From positions 1 through 55,721 of IMG/VR virus record IMGVR_UViG_3300038958_000005: a DNA stretch of 55,721 nt; one strand, 5' to 3'. Position 1 is the stretch's first letter, and every line of letters starts with the position of its first letter. The notes below the pieces were generated by a model that saw only the letters and a list, made by a program, of their open reading frames with translations, ran no database searches and was not told the DNA's origin. Below are positions 1 to 7,962 of the stretch, piece after piece. The translations under genes were made by a program, and so were the position numbers. The DNA is from a virus (taxonomy: Duplodnaviria; Caudoviricetes).

Positions 1-234
1 CCCGCCCCGCCCGGCCGCCTGTCCTTCACCGGACTGTCACCATTCTGCAACCGTCTCGTCATCGGTTCGTCACCGTTCACTTGATACGCCGGTCCGATGC
101 TGATGTCGTGCATGTTCGCCGTCCCTCTCTCTAGGTTATAGACCCGGTCGCCCGGTCATCGGGTGACCCGTTGCCCCGATACGCTGATGCGCCGATGCTT
201 CATCGATGCTGCACCGATGCCCCGGTCAACGCGG

Positions 235-549
235 TTAACGACGGTTGAGCGCATCTAGCTTATCTTCCCAGATTCGTTCAACGAACGTCGGATACGGTGC
301 CGGGGGTCCGTTGCCCCTATCCTGCCAGTGTCTGACGATACCCGATTCGGTGATGCACGTACAACGTAGGCCGCCCGATATCTCGCAGGGTATCAGCGCC
401 CGGCGGCATGCGGTGCAATACCACCGGCCGCCGTAGCGGATACTGCGAGTGCGCCGGAATAGTGACAACGCGGCCTTGAGTTCACCGGCCATGTCAATCT
501 TTGGCATCCAGCGAACCTGCCACGGCCGATAGATGCCCGCGTCCCTCAA
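235..549 (-). CDS. Cys-rich hypothetical protein (start uncertain: TTG 549 or ATG 507)
   Basis: WYCTAC...PC...CTC motifs; TTG at 549 overlaps the stop of the upstream 546..734 ORF. Confidence 0.55.
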   Translation of the reverse strand: MRDAGIYRPWQVRWMPKIDMAGELKAALSLFRRTRSIRYGGRWYCTACRRALIPCEISGGLRCTCITESGIVRHWQDRGNGPPAPYPTFVERIWEDKLDALNRR

Positions 550-734
550 TTCTTGGGGCACTGATGCGCCCGGATTGCCCGGTCCACGCGTTCCCGGCGT
601 TCGGTGTGACGCTGATAATCCGAAACGTCTAGCACCGGTTCGTGATGCACGATTGCCTGGCATGCTTTGCACCTCCACCTATGGGCTATCAGTCTCTTGC
701 GCCGCCGGATAGGTTCGTAAACGATAGTCGGCAT
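546..734 (-). CDS. small putative Zn-binding protein
   Basis: WRCKAC...AHQC motif; fits the tightly packed minus-strand gene run. Confidence 0.55.
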   Translation of the reverse strand: MPTIVYEPIRRRKRLIAHRWRCKACQAIVHHEPVLDVSDYQRHTERRERVDRAIRAHQCPKN

Positions 735-1069
735 GTAGTCAGTCCGTCGATAATGTCCGTTATCGCGCCCCTCACATGATCGATTAGTTGCTTGCGTAGA
801 TCATCATCGGTACGCCTGCCCGAAGGCATCCACCCGCAAGAACACTTGACCCGTACGCGTTCGAACAGCGGATGCTTGCGTAGGGTCACAACGTGACCGT
901 AACCGAGAAAGTAGGTGATGCGCTTGCGTGACCACCGGCGAGGAATGCGGGCCCTGTACCATCGCGGGAAGTACGCCCGGATATGACTTAACGCTTCGTT
1001 GCGGTCCACGAATCGATGACCGCATAGGCACCACTCGGTATTTAACGGCCAATGTTCATCCTTCGCCAT
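689..1069 (-). CDS. protein with two CxC...H Zn-finger-like modules
   Basis: WCLCGHRF...LSHIRA and KCSCGW...LIDHVRG are internally repeated. Confidence 0.65.
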   Translation of the reverse strand: MAKDEHWPLNTEWCLCGHRFVDRNEALSHIRAYFPRWYRARIPRRWSRKRITYFLGYGHVVTLRKHPLFERVRVKCSCGWMPSGRRTDDDLRKQLIDHVRGAITDIIDGLTTCRLSFTNLSGGARD

Positions 1070-1118
1070 TCGCCCGGTCCACGCCTATCGCATGTACGCC
1101 TACGCCTAGACCTACAAC

Positions 1119-1268
1119 CTATCGTTTACGGTCACGTGATACGGCCGCCGTATGACCGCATGTTAGGAACACGGCGACGTATCCTGTTCGCAACATTCGA
1201 ACCTTCGGTTTTCCAGCCTCTAGCACGGGTTCGCGCTCATACCCGCAACGCCTACAGTACCACGTCAC
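1119..1268 (-). CDS. small Zn-ribbon-like protein (GTG start)
   Basis: WYCRRCG...LTCGH; GGGGG SD at 1279-1283. Confidence 0.5.
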   Translation of the reverse strand: MTWYCRRCGYEREPVLEAGKPKVRMLRTGYVAVFLTCGHTAAVSRDRKR

Positions 1269-1285
1269 GGTTTCATCACCCCCTA

Positions 1286-1495
1286 CTACTTGATGCGTAT
1301 CCCGCAGTGCACAAGGCGTACGTCTACGTTGCGGGATAGGGTCATTACCACCGCCGGGCGTACTGTCGCGTCGGTGTACCAATACATCCAAAGGATGCGC
1401 CCGTTGGAAGTCCGTATCCCCCACTCGCAGATAGGTTCCCACTTGCCACTGCGCCAATTGATGTTGTTCGTCCAAAGCGGGAGTATGGCCTGCAT
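1286..1495 (-). CDS. small-protein array member (ends IRIK)
   Basis: central ILWMYWY; C-terminal IRIK; GGGG SD. Confidence 0.75.
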   Translation of the reverse strand: MQAILPLWTNNINWRSGKWEPICEWGIRTSNGRILWMYWYTDATVRPAVVMTLSRNVDVRLVHCGIRIK

Positions 1496-1505
1496 TGTAC
1501 GGCCC

Positions 1506-1700
1506 CTATTTCAACCGCATCATACAAAGTTTCCTGTTGGTGAATAGGATACGCCCGGCATCATTGACGATTCGGCCCGGCGGCCCGGTATCGGAACGCC
1601 AATATGCCAGTGACGAATAGTAGCCGTCATGGTTGAGCACCACGAACACGTCGCCCCGTACGTTAACCCAGATAGGATTGTTCCAGCTTGAACCGCTCAT
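1506..1700 (-). CDS. small-protein array member (ends MRLK)
   Basis: central SLAYWR; ATG 1700 with GAGGGG SD. Confidence 0.75.
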   Translation of the reverse strand: MSGSSWNNPIWVNVRGDVFVVLNHDGYYSSLAYWRSDTGPPGRIVNDAGRILFTNRKLCMMRLK

Positions 1701-1711
1701 GAACCGGCCCC

Positions 1712-1888
1712 TCACTTGAGGCGTAGGGCTAATCGGCCGTAGTACAGCATGATATCCTGATGCGTAATGCTTACTTCCGGGTCTACGGAATAATGACGTA
1801 GCCAGTACACCACGTTCAACAAATCATCGCCCATATCCCGGATATAGTACACGTCGCGCCTATCGTTCGAAGCGATGAATGTTCTCAT
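1712..1888 (-). CDS. small-protein array member (ends LRLK)
   Basis: DRRDVYY...VVYWL; ATGA overlap with upstream stop. Confidence 0.75.
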   Translation of the reverse strand: MRTFIASNDRRDVYYIRDMGDDLLNVVYWLRHYSVDPEVSITHQDIMLYYGRLALRLK

Positions 1889-2064
1889 TTCAGCCTCAAT
1901 AGGCAACGGCCGCAGTCATACATGATAATCGGCCGCCGTACCGTCGGATATCGGAATTTCGGCGATACCGGTATTTCATACAGCATGTACAGCACGCCTA
2001 GCATTTCCGTATCTGTTACCAGATAGTAGATATCCCGGTTATCGGTGAATCCAACGCTAATCAT
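1885..2064 (-). CDS. small-protein array member (ends LRLK)
   Basis: DNRDIYY...VLYML; ATGA overlap; similar to 1712..1888. Confidence 0.75.
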   Translation of the reverse strand: MISVGFTDNRDIYYLVTDTEMLGVLYMLYEIPVSPKFRYPTVRRPIIMYDCGRCLLRLK

Positions 2065-2261
2065 TTCAGCACTATCGAACGGACGAATTTCCCGGAAGGT
2101 ATCGTAATCAGCACCGCGATAGCGCACCTTGTTGTACCGTGCACCGACACGCGGGCCGTTTCCTGTTGTTCATGATTCGCGGCCAAGATATAAAAGTCAT
2201 AACATACGCCGGACTTACACTCTAGGTAGTAGATGCGCGGCCCGATGCACTTAACACGCAT
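2061..2261 (-). CDS. divergent small-protein array member (ends IVLK)
   Basis: RIYY...DFYIL; C-terminal variant lacks the R/K at -3; start uncertain. Confidence 0.6.
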   Translation of the reverse strand: MRVKCIGPRIYYLECKSGVCYDFYILAANHEQQETARVSVHGTTRCAIAVLITIPSGKFVRSIVLK

Positions 2262-2295
2262 TTCCGGGGTCAGCGCCGCCGTGTTCGTGTCGCCC

Positions 2296-2502
2296 TTACT
2301 TGACGCGAACATAGATAGCCCCCACGAACGCGTTGTTTCGCATCGGGGAATAGACCAATACCGCGGACTCCGATAAACCTTGCCTTACACGCGGCCGGTT
2401 CACCGCGAACGAATGGCCGTAGATTGTGGTAGTCTTCCACCCGTACGTCATCAGATAGTCGCCGCGGTCACTGTAGATATCAGGTCTGACTTCGCTTTGC
2501 AT
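2296..2502 (-). CDS. small-protein array member (ends VRVK)
   Basis: DRGDY...TIYG; GAGGG SD before ATG 2502. Confidence 0.7.
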   Translation of the reverse strand: MQSEVRPDIYSDRGDYLMTYGWKTTTIYGHSFAVNRPRVRQGLSESAVLVYSPMRNNAFVGAIYVRVK

Positions 2503-2509
2503 GGTACCC

Positions 2510-2728
2510 TCACTTGATGCGCAATGATGCCTGCCTATCATCATTCCCGGTACGGTGCAGGTTGATCCATACATAACCGATGTTATCGTTTAACTCTACT
2601 GACGGTCCAAAATCTGGAGCCGCATACACCGCCGGGTGGATCAACAAGTACACCACCAATGTTGACCCGTCAACGTCAAAATAGCATACGTCGCCCTTCG
2701 GTTCAATGCTGATAGATTGCTGACTCAT
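2510..2728 (-). CDS. small-protein array member (ends LRIK)
   Basis: VVYLL, GYVW, ASLRIK; GGGGG SD; close paralogue of 2748..2975. Confidence 0.75.
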   Translation of the reverse strand: MSQQSISIEPKGDVCYFDVDGSTLVVYLLIHPAVYAAPDFGPSVELNDNIGYVWINLHRTGNDDRQASLRIK

Positions 2729-2747
2729 CGCGTAAGCCCCCGCCCGG

Positions 2748-2975
2748 TCACTTGATGCGCAATGATGCCCGGCTAATGCCGTTCGCGTCACGGAATAGGT
2801 GCATCCATACGTAGCCTCTAGGCCATGTAATCCACGGCGGATTGTGTGGTCTGACGCTTGACGTGTAGACGGTGAACAACGCGCCGCCGTCCACTTGCAG
2901 ATAATAATCATTCGGGTATGCCACTATCGCCTGATGCATTGCCGCCGCCCGATTAGTCTGATTCATCGCGTTCAT
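2748..2975 (-). CDS. small-protein array member (ends LRIK)
   Basis: TVYTS, GYVW, ASLRIK; last 22 nt identical to those of 2510..2728. Confidence 0.75.
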   Translation of the reverse strand: MNAMNQTNRAAAMHQAIVAYPNDYYLQVDGGALFTVYTSSVRPHNPPWITWPRGYVWMHLFRDANGISRASLRIK

Positions 2976-3138
2976 CCCGCGCCATTGTTGCATTGACCGC
3001 GCACGCTGTCAAGTACACCGCCGTCCACACGACCGAAACAGCGGCGATGATACGCATATCGCCCGTCATCACCGCGCCGCCCAATACCACCATGACTACC
3101 ATCCAGATAACCCACCGAATGAATGTTTCGTGTCGCAT
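2953..3138 (-). CDS. small membrane protein (2 predicted TM helices)
   Basis: two hydrophobic stretches; GAGG SD. Confidence 0.6.
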   Translation of the reverse strand: MRHETFIRWVIWMVVMVVLGGAVMTGDMRIIAAVSVVWTAVYLTACAVNATMARDERDESD

Positions 3139-3148
3139 CGGTTGTTCC

Positions 3149-3400
3149 TCACTTGACCCGCAGGCCCGTTGTATCCAGTAGCAACATCACGGCGTTCGAT
3201 TTCTTCGGCGGATAGGTTCGATATTGCCGACGTTCACCGGTTAGCCAGTACAGCCAGAAGGCGTCATTGCGGTTTAGACACATAACGTATGTGACCCAAC
3301 AGGTTCCATTACACCGTCCAATATGTGATTCGATTCGCGGGTACCCGTCGTGGCTTAACGGTCCTAGGATATCGAACAGTGGCACATTCGCTGACTGCAT
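3149..3400 (-). CDS. small-protein array member (ends LRVK)
   Basis: YPRI...FWLYWL; GGGGG SD; paralogue of 3875..4096. Confidence 0.75.
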   Translation of the reverse strand: MQSANVPLFDILGPLSHDGYPRIESHIGRCNGTCWVTYVMCLNRNDAFWLYWLTGERRQYRTYPPKKSNAVMLLLDTTGLRVK

Positions 3401-3855
3401 CAATTCACCCCCGCCGAATTGCTAGGCTTAGAGGCGTTACCTAGTACTGAGCGAAGGGCTTTATCCGCGTTACGTTCGCATTCGATAACATCGCCTTCGC
3501 TAAGTTCTACAGGTTTGACCGCTACAACATGGAATGTGAACACGCCCCACGGGGCGATGAGGCTAGTATTGCATTCAGGGCAAATAATATCGCCCCATTC
3601 CTCATCATAAGCCCCGTCGGTGTTACACGCGCTACAACGCACTGCGCTTTCCACCTTATCAATGAACCGGGCGAATTCTATGTCGCGCATGGCCTTTGCC
3701 CATCGGCTAGCCAAACGGTAGTTATCCGCCTTGACCAATAGGTCAAGGTCCGGTCGCGCAGATTCTGCCCGTCCGACTTGCACCCTAAACAGCATATTCC
3801 TTGAACCCCCTTTGTCTAGACTGTTTTCAGTCCGCGCATCATTGATTAACTGCAT
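3400..3855 (-). CDS. Zn-ribbon protein
   Basis: CSAC...CPEC; GGGGGTG SD. Confidence 0.7.
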   Translation of the reverse strand: MQLINDARTENSLDKGGSRNMLFRVQVGRAESARPDLDLLVKADNYRLASRWAKAMRDIEFARFIDKVESAVRCSACNTDGAYDEEWGDIICPECNTSLIAPWGVFTFHVVAVKPVELSEGDVIECERNADKALRSVLGNASKPSNSAGVN

Positions 3856-3874
3856 CGATTCACCCCCACCGGTT

Positions 3875-4096
3875 TTACTTTATGCGCATGGCCCGATACG
3901 GGGCCGATAGCATCACCGAATCGCTTTCCCTCAAAGGGCTTATCACGTGTTCCCGGCGGCCGTGTAGCCAGTACAGCCAGAGGGCGTAATCGCGGTTCAT
4001 CCACATGATGTATGACGCCCGGCAGATTCGGCTATGCCGGTCAATATCTACCGCGATTCGCGGATAGTCCGTCGCCTTATTCCTCGCCCGGTTCAT
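3875..4096 (-). CDS. small-protein array member (ends MRIK)
   Basis: YPRI...LWLYWL; GGGGGTG SD. Confidence 0.75.
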   Translation of the reverse strand: MNRARNKATDYPRIAVDIDRHSRICRASYIMWMNRDYALWLYWLHGRREHVISPLRESDSVMLSAPYRAMRIK

Positions 4097-4218
4097 TGTT
4101 CACCCCCGGATACCCTAACCGATGCTAGCACCCCCAAAGCGTTCGCGCAACTGCCGGACAGTGAATTATCGGTTACAGGGTGTTCGATGCCCGGCGTCGC
4201 GCCGATTCGGCTGCCCGG

Positions 4219-4398
4219 CTACTTGAGTCTTAGGCATCCCCTGTTACTCCGAAACTCTACGCCGTACGGTTCCTGATGAATGTTAGGCCGGGGTTCGGAA
4301 CCGTTGCTTATCCAGTAGACCCACATATCGAACAACGTTCCCTTGAGTATCCATATCGCCCGTTCATCGCTAGGCCGAAATGTAAACCGGTTGACCAT
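4219..4398 (-). CDS. small-protein array member (59 aa, ends LRLK; not in ORF track)
   Basis: manual translation MVNRFTFRPSDERAIWILKGTLFDMWVYWISNGSEPRPNIHQEPYGVEFRSNRGCLRLK; GGGGG SD. Confidence 0.75.
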   Translation of the reverse strand: MVNRFTFRPSDERAIWILKGTLFDMWVYWISNGSEPRPNIHQEPYGVEFRSNRGCLRLK

Positions 4399-4413
4399 CG
4401 CATTAACCCCCGG

Positions 4414-4476
4414 TCACTTTATCTTGATGCACCCCCTGTTACTCCGAAACTGTATGCCGCGCACTTCCCGATGCAC
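4414..4476 (-). CDS. 20-aa minigene or truncated array member (ends IKIK)
   Basis: GTG-HREVRGIQFRSNRGCIKIK; 4429-4451 matches 4234-4256 at 22/23 nt. Confidence 0.45.
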   Translation of the reverse strand: MHREVRGIQFRSNRGCIKIK

Positions 4477-4486
4477 CCGGCCCCGG

Positions 4487-4690
4487 TCATTTCAGCTTGA
4501 GTTCTAACGCGTGACCGCGCGGCCGCTTGACCGCCGTAGCGTACACGCTACCGTCGGCGTTGACCTTGAGCTGGCTAGACCCGTTCGTTTGCCAGAAACG
4601 GCAATAGACCCAGTAAGACTGCCCCCTATCCGGCAAGTACGCCCGAATCCAGCCCTCAACCGTAATTCGTATACCCATTTCCGGGTTCAT
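4487..4690 (-). CDS. small-protein array member (ends LKLK)
   Basis: WIRAY...YWVYC...DGSVYA; paralogue of 4703..4912. Confidence 0.75.
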   Translation of the reverse strand: MNPEMGIRITVEGWIRAYLPDRGQSYWVYCRFWQTNGSSQLKVNADGSVYATAVKRPRGHALELKLK

Positions 4691-4702
4691 CGGTCACCCC
4701 GC

Positions 4703-4912
4703 TTACTTTAGCTTTAGGCGTAGTAGCCGCAGTACCCGTGATTGTTTGGTCAACGCCGCGGCATACACGCCATCCTTGCCGATTTCAATGCCGCCTTCCC
4801 CCGGTGCCCCGCTGAAACATGTGTACACCCACCAAAACATTCCGTTCACGTCCGGGGCATACGCCAACACCCACTCGTGGATGACGATATTCAGTCCGGC
4901 GTTTCCGTTCAT
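4703..4912 (-). CDS. small-protein array member (ends LKLK)
   Basis: WVLAY...WWVYT...DGVYA. Confidence 0.75.
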   Translation of the reverse strand: MNGNAGLNIVIHEWVLAYAPDVNGMFWWVYTCFSGAPGEGGIEIGKDGVYAAALTKQSRVLRLLRLKLK

Positions 4913-4926
4913 CGATGCGACTCCGG

Positions 4927-5154
4927 TCACTTTAGCCTGACGGCTATTTGACGGCCTGCCATACCTATGACGAAATCCACCGTACCGTTCGTGTATACCC
5001 TGAATTCCGTAGTGTTCCCGCGTACGGCCCGGTGGAAGTACAGCCAGTACCGGCCGTTGCCCGCCTTAGTCATCGCCCAGCCGTGCGAATAGCCGACGAT
5101 CTTCGATCCGAACGAATAGCTGATGGTGCCGCCAAAGATTCGTGGTTCGTTCAT
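4927..5154 (-). CDS. small-protein array member (ends VRLK)
   Basis: RYWLYF; ATGA overlap with upstream stop. Confidence 0.75.
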   Translation of the reverse strand: MNEPRIFGGTISYSFGSKIVGYSHGWAMTKAGNGRYWLYFHRAVRGNTTEFRVYTNGTVDFVIGMAGRQIAVRLK

Positions 5155-5411
5155 TTTATCCGCATCCAAACGTCCCTGCCCGTGTTCCCGGCGTATCGGG
5201 TGCGAATGCTGACCGTTGACCGGGGCCGGAGGCCTATCATGAGCACGTTCGGTGATTCAACCCATCGCCGGTACTGTACCCAGTTCGACCAATACACCCG
5301 GCTAATGTACACCCGTTCGGAGCCGTTCACCCGGTACAGGTTGAATTCGTCAACCGGTGGGACTGTAGACCATACCCCCGGATTACGCTTAACCTCTACG
5401 TCTCGGTACAT
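5151..5411 (-). CDS. small-protein array member (ends MRIK)
   Basis: RVYWS; ATG 5411 directly downstream of the ATPase stop. Confidence 0.7.
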   Translation of the reverse strand: MYRDVEVKRNPGVWSTVPPVDEFNLYRVNGSERVYISRVYWSNWVQYRRWVESPNVLMIGLRPRSTVSIRTRYAGNTGRDVWMRIK

Positions 5412-5424
5412 TACCCCAGCCCCT

Positions 5425-6675
5425 TTACTTTGTCCGCCGTGACCCGGACCGCTTGCCAGCGCGCCCGGTCGTGTACTTGCCCGGCACGGGAACAGCCACC
5501 GCATCCTTGACGGGTTCGTCGGTGACCGGGTCCACGTCATAGACCTTGACCGTCGGCGTTTCGCCTTTGCTAAGGGCGATGGACGCATCGATCAGTTCGC
5601 CCTTGAGTTCGCCGTTCTCCTCATAGTAGATGCCGTGGCGCTCAAGAATGCCCGCGAACCGTTCGGCAACGCTATCGCATGACCTAAAGAATGACTCAAG
5701 GCCTGCGGTCAGCGGCGCTTCGTACCACGCCCGGCGGAACGTCGGGTAGTACGCCTGAAACCGCGTAATGGCCAACAGTCCGCGAAGCCGGGCCGTATCG
5801 TCGGCCGTAGTCAGCGCCTGTAGTAGGCCTTCGAAGTAGCCCACCATTTCAAGGTCATTGTGGCCCACCTGTTCGTACACCTGAAACACAAAGTTCGGGT
5901 CAGCCAGCGCCCAACTGGGATCGATGCGTTGCATCATGGTATCCACGGCGGCCGCCGGCAAGAATGACCGCAGAATCAGCCGTTGGGCGTCAGCGCTCAA
6001 TCCGTAGAACGCCGGGTTGATGAGTTCGCGCGCGGCCGCGATTTCGGCGGCCGTCACCCATTCCGCATCAGGCGGCGGTTCGGGTGACCATTCGCGACTC
6101 GCCCACGTTTCCGTTGGTTCGACCGGGGCCGTGGTAGCCAGTAGGCGCGCCATGGCGTGGTCACCGGCCACTTCGATCAGGTCTTCGCGTTCGGGCACAA
6201 CGTGAAATGTGAGCACGCGGGTTCGGAGGCCGCCGTCCATATCGAACGGATTCGTCGCCCCGATGATGTACCACTCACTGCCCCGCGCGGGCATTTCCAC
6301 GTTGAGTAGCTTATTACCCCGAATCAGCCCGTACAACGTGGACACTACCGAACCCCCGGCGTTCGCCGCTTGCCCCACTTCGTCAAGGAACAGCACCGTG
6401 CGCTTGCCCTTCGCGGCGTTGTCAAGCACCGTACGTGCCCATTCGGGCAACGCCCAACGAATCTGCCCGTCTACTTCGATAGGGAAGCCGCAGATTTCGT
6501 GTGGATTCTGCGTTGCCAGATACAGGTAGAGGATATCGGCGTCCAATTCCCGCGCAATTTCCGTTGCTAGGTACGTCTTCCCTGCGCCCGTCGGCCCCCA
6601 CAACAGCGGGGCACGCGTTCGGGCGTGAGTCATTGCGTGCATCACGGCCTGTTTAATGGCGTCGCGTCGCGTCAT
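5425..6675 (-). CDS. MoxR-family AAA+ ATPase
   Basis: Walker A GPTGAGKT, Walker B LFLDE, sensor GATNP, arginine finger LRTR; paired with a vWA gene. Confidence 0.85.
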   Translation of the reverse strand: MTRRDAIKQAVMHAMTHARTRAPLLWGPTGAGKTYLATEIARELDADILYLYLATQNPHEICGFPIEVDGQIRWALPEWARTVLDNAAKGKRTVLFLDEVGQAANAGGSVVSTLYGLIRGNKLLNVEMPARGSEWYIIGATNPFDMDGGLRTRVLTFHVVPEREDLIEVAGDHAMARLLATTAPVEPTETWASREWSPEPPPDAEWVTAAEIAAARELINPAFYGLSADAQRLILRSFLPAAAVDTMMQRIDPSWALADPNFVFQVYEQVGHNDLEMVGYFEGLLQALTTADDTARLRGLLAITRFQAYYPTFRRAWYEAPLTAGLESFFRSCDSVAERFAGILERHGIYYEENGELKGELIDASIALSKGETPTVKVYDVDPVTDEPVKDAVAVPVPGKYTTGRAGKRSGSRRTK

Positions 6676-6676
6676 G

Positions 6677-7885
6677 TTAGTTACCCCCTGCGTCAACGAT
6701 TGTTACCGACTTCCACGGCGGCGTATTCCCGGCCCCGGTCCGAATCCAAAGCACCGGAACGCCCGGATCATCGGGCCAGTCAAGGTAGCCGTCCGTGATA
6801 AGTACCAGACCGTCCGGGCGGTATTGCATCGCCCGGTCAATCAGCGGCTTTATGTCAGTGCCGCCGCTACCCGTAAGTGTTCGGGGCACTGCGTGTGCCG
6901 CCGTAATCTCAACGTCAAGCGTGACTTCGGTATCGCCCGCGATAAGCCGAACCGGCGTCGCGCGCGATGCAATGGCCTTTACGGCCGCGATAGCCTGCGC
7001 TAGGTCTTCGGCCTGCATCGATCCTGACGTGTCAAGCACCATCACCAAATGCCGCCGCATCGGGGCCCACGTCAACCGCCGCGTTGGCAGAATCACGCCG
7101 TACCGACGCGGTACGCGCGCGGGCCGGTTGATAGCATCGGCCGTTTCAAGCGTGAACCGCCGGTACGCCGTCAGCCAGCGCCGGGTCAGTTTGACCCACG
7201 CAGGCGTCCGAGATTCGGGTATGTCAATCGTCGCGGCTCCGGCGGTCAGTCCGTGTCCGAATCCGGCGGCCGCCTGTTTGCCCGCCGCGTCGGCGTACTG
7301 CGACGCCGCGATGCTAGCCGCGATGCTTGCCATCGGGTCATCCGTCGGTTCGATGCCCCCACAGAGGCCATCGGGCAATAGCCCGCCGTCATTGCCCGGT
7401 TCACCGTTGCCCGATGCACCACTGCCGCCCGTTTGCTCATGCATGGCCCGGTGCACCGCGACATAGTGCGGCGTGTCAAGTTTCAAGGCCTCTAGATATT
7501 CCACGGGGTCAACCGGCCGGTGCACGGCCCGCTTGAGCGCCTCAAACCGTTCGCGCCCAATGGCGGCGTTCACGTGTACATCCGTTGCGATGAGCATGCA
7601 CTCGCGGCCATGATGCGCCGCTTCGTCGGCGTCTACCTGAAAGTGTCCGAGTAGCACGTGCCCTAGCTCATGCCAAAGCACCGCCCGGATCACTTCCGGG
7701 TCCTCAAATTCAGGGCTGATGTATACCGTCCAAAGGCGCTTTGTTTTATCCCATACCGTCGCGGCCTTCGCCGGAATGCCGAAGTCGGCGGGGTTACGCG
7801 CGACAAGCTCAATCTGCGCCGCTCCGGTCAGTAGGCGCTTTTGAATGTCATCAGCCGCGTTGAGAATATCGTTCACCGTCGCCAT
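6677..7885 (-). CDS. HExxH metallopeptidase-vWA fusion (DUF2201-like)
   Basis: LWHELGHVLLGH; Gly-rich linker; MIDAS DTSGS, GGTD, ITDGY. Confidence 0.85.
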   Translation of the reverse strand: MATVNDILNAADDIQKRLLTGAAQIELVARNPADFGIPAKAATVWDKTKRLWTVYISPEFEDPEVIRAVLWHELGHVLLGHFQVDADEAAHHGRECMLIATDVHVNAAIGRERFEALKRAVHRPVDPVEYLEALKLDTPHYVAVHRAMHEQTGGSGASGNGEPGNDGGLLPDGLCGGIEPTDDPMASIAASIAASQYADAAGKQAAAGFGHGLTAGAATIDIPESRTPAWVKLTRRWLTAYRRFTLETADAINRPARVPRRYGVILPTRRLTWAPMRRHLVMVLDTSGSMQAEDLAQAIAAVKAIASRATPVRLIAGDTEVTLDVEITAAHAVPRTLTGSGGTDIKPLIDRAMQYRPDGLVLITDGYLDWPDDPGVPVLWIRTGAGNTPPWKSVTIVDAGGN

Positions 7886-7894
7886 GGTGACCCT

Positions 7895-7923
7895 ATCGTC
7901 GCATAGCCGCCGGGGGAAGTCAA
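7895..7923 (-). promoter_or_regulatory. putative sigma70-type promoter of the peptidase/ATPase/array operon
   Basis: TTGACT-17 nt-(TG)nGACGAT just upstream of ATG 7885; the -10 is a weak match. Confidence 0.4.
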
Positions 7924-7962
7924 GGGCCCCGACGGGCTCATTCACCGAATCTTTACAATTTT

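Noticed and set aside
77-133. Another tagged ORF ending RRIK
   Set aside because: The frame has an upstream stop at 131-133 and no start codon, and the motif lacks the first hydrophobic residue.
1286-5411. Integron-like cassette array or DGR as the source of the small genes
   Set aside because: No integrase or reverse transcriptase, and no attC-like intergenic palindromes. Genes overlap by ATGA and the shared ends vary synonymously, which points to protein-level conservation.
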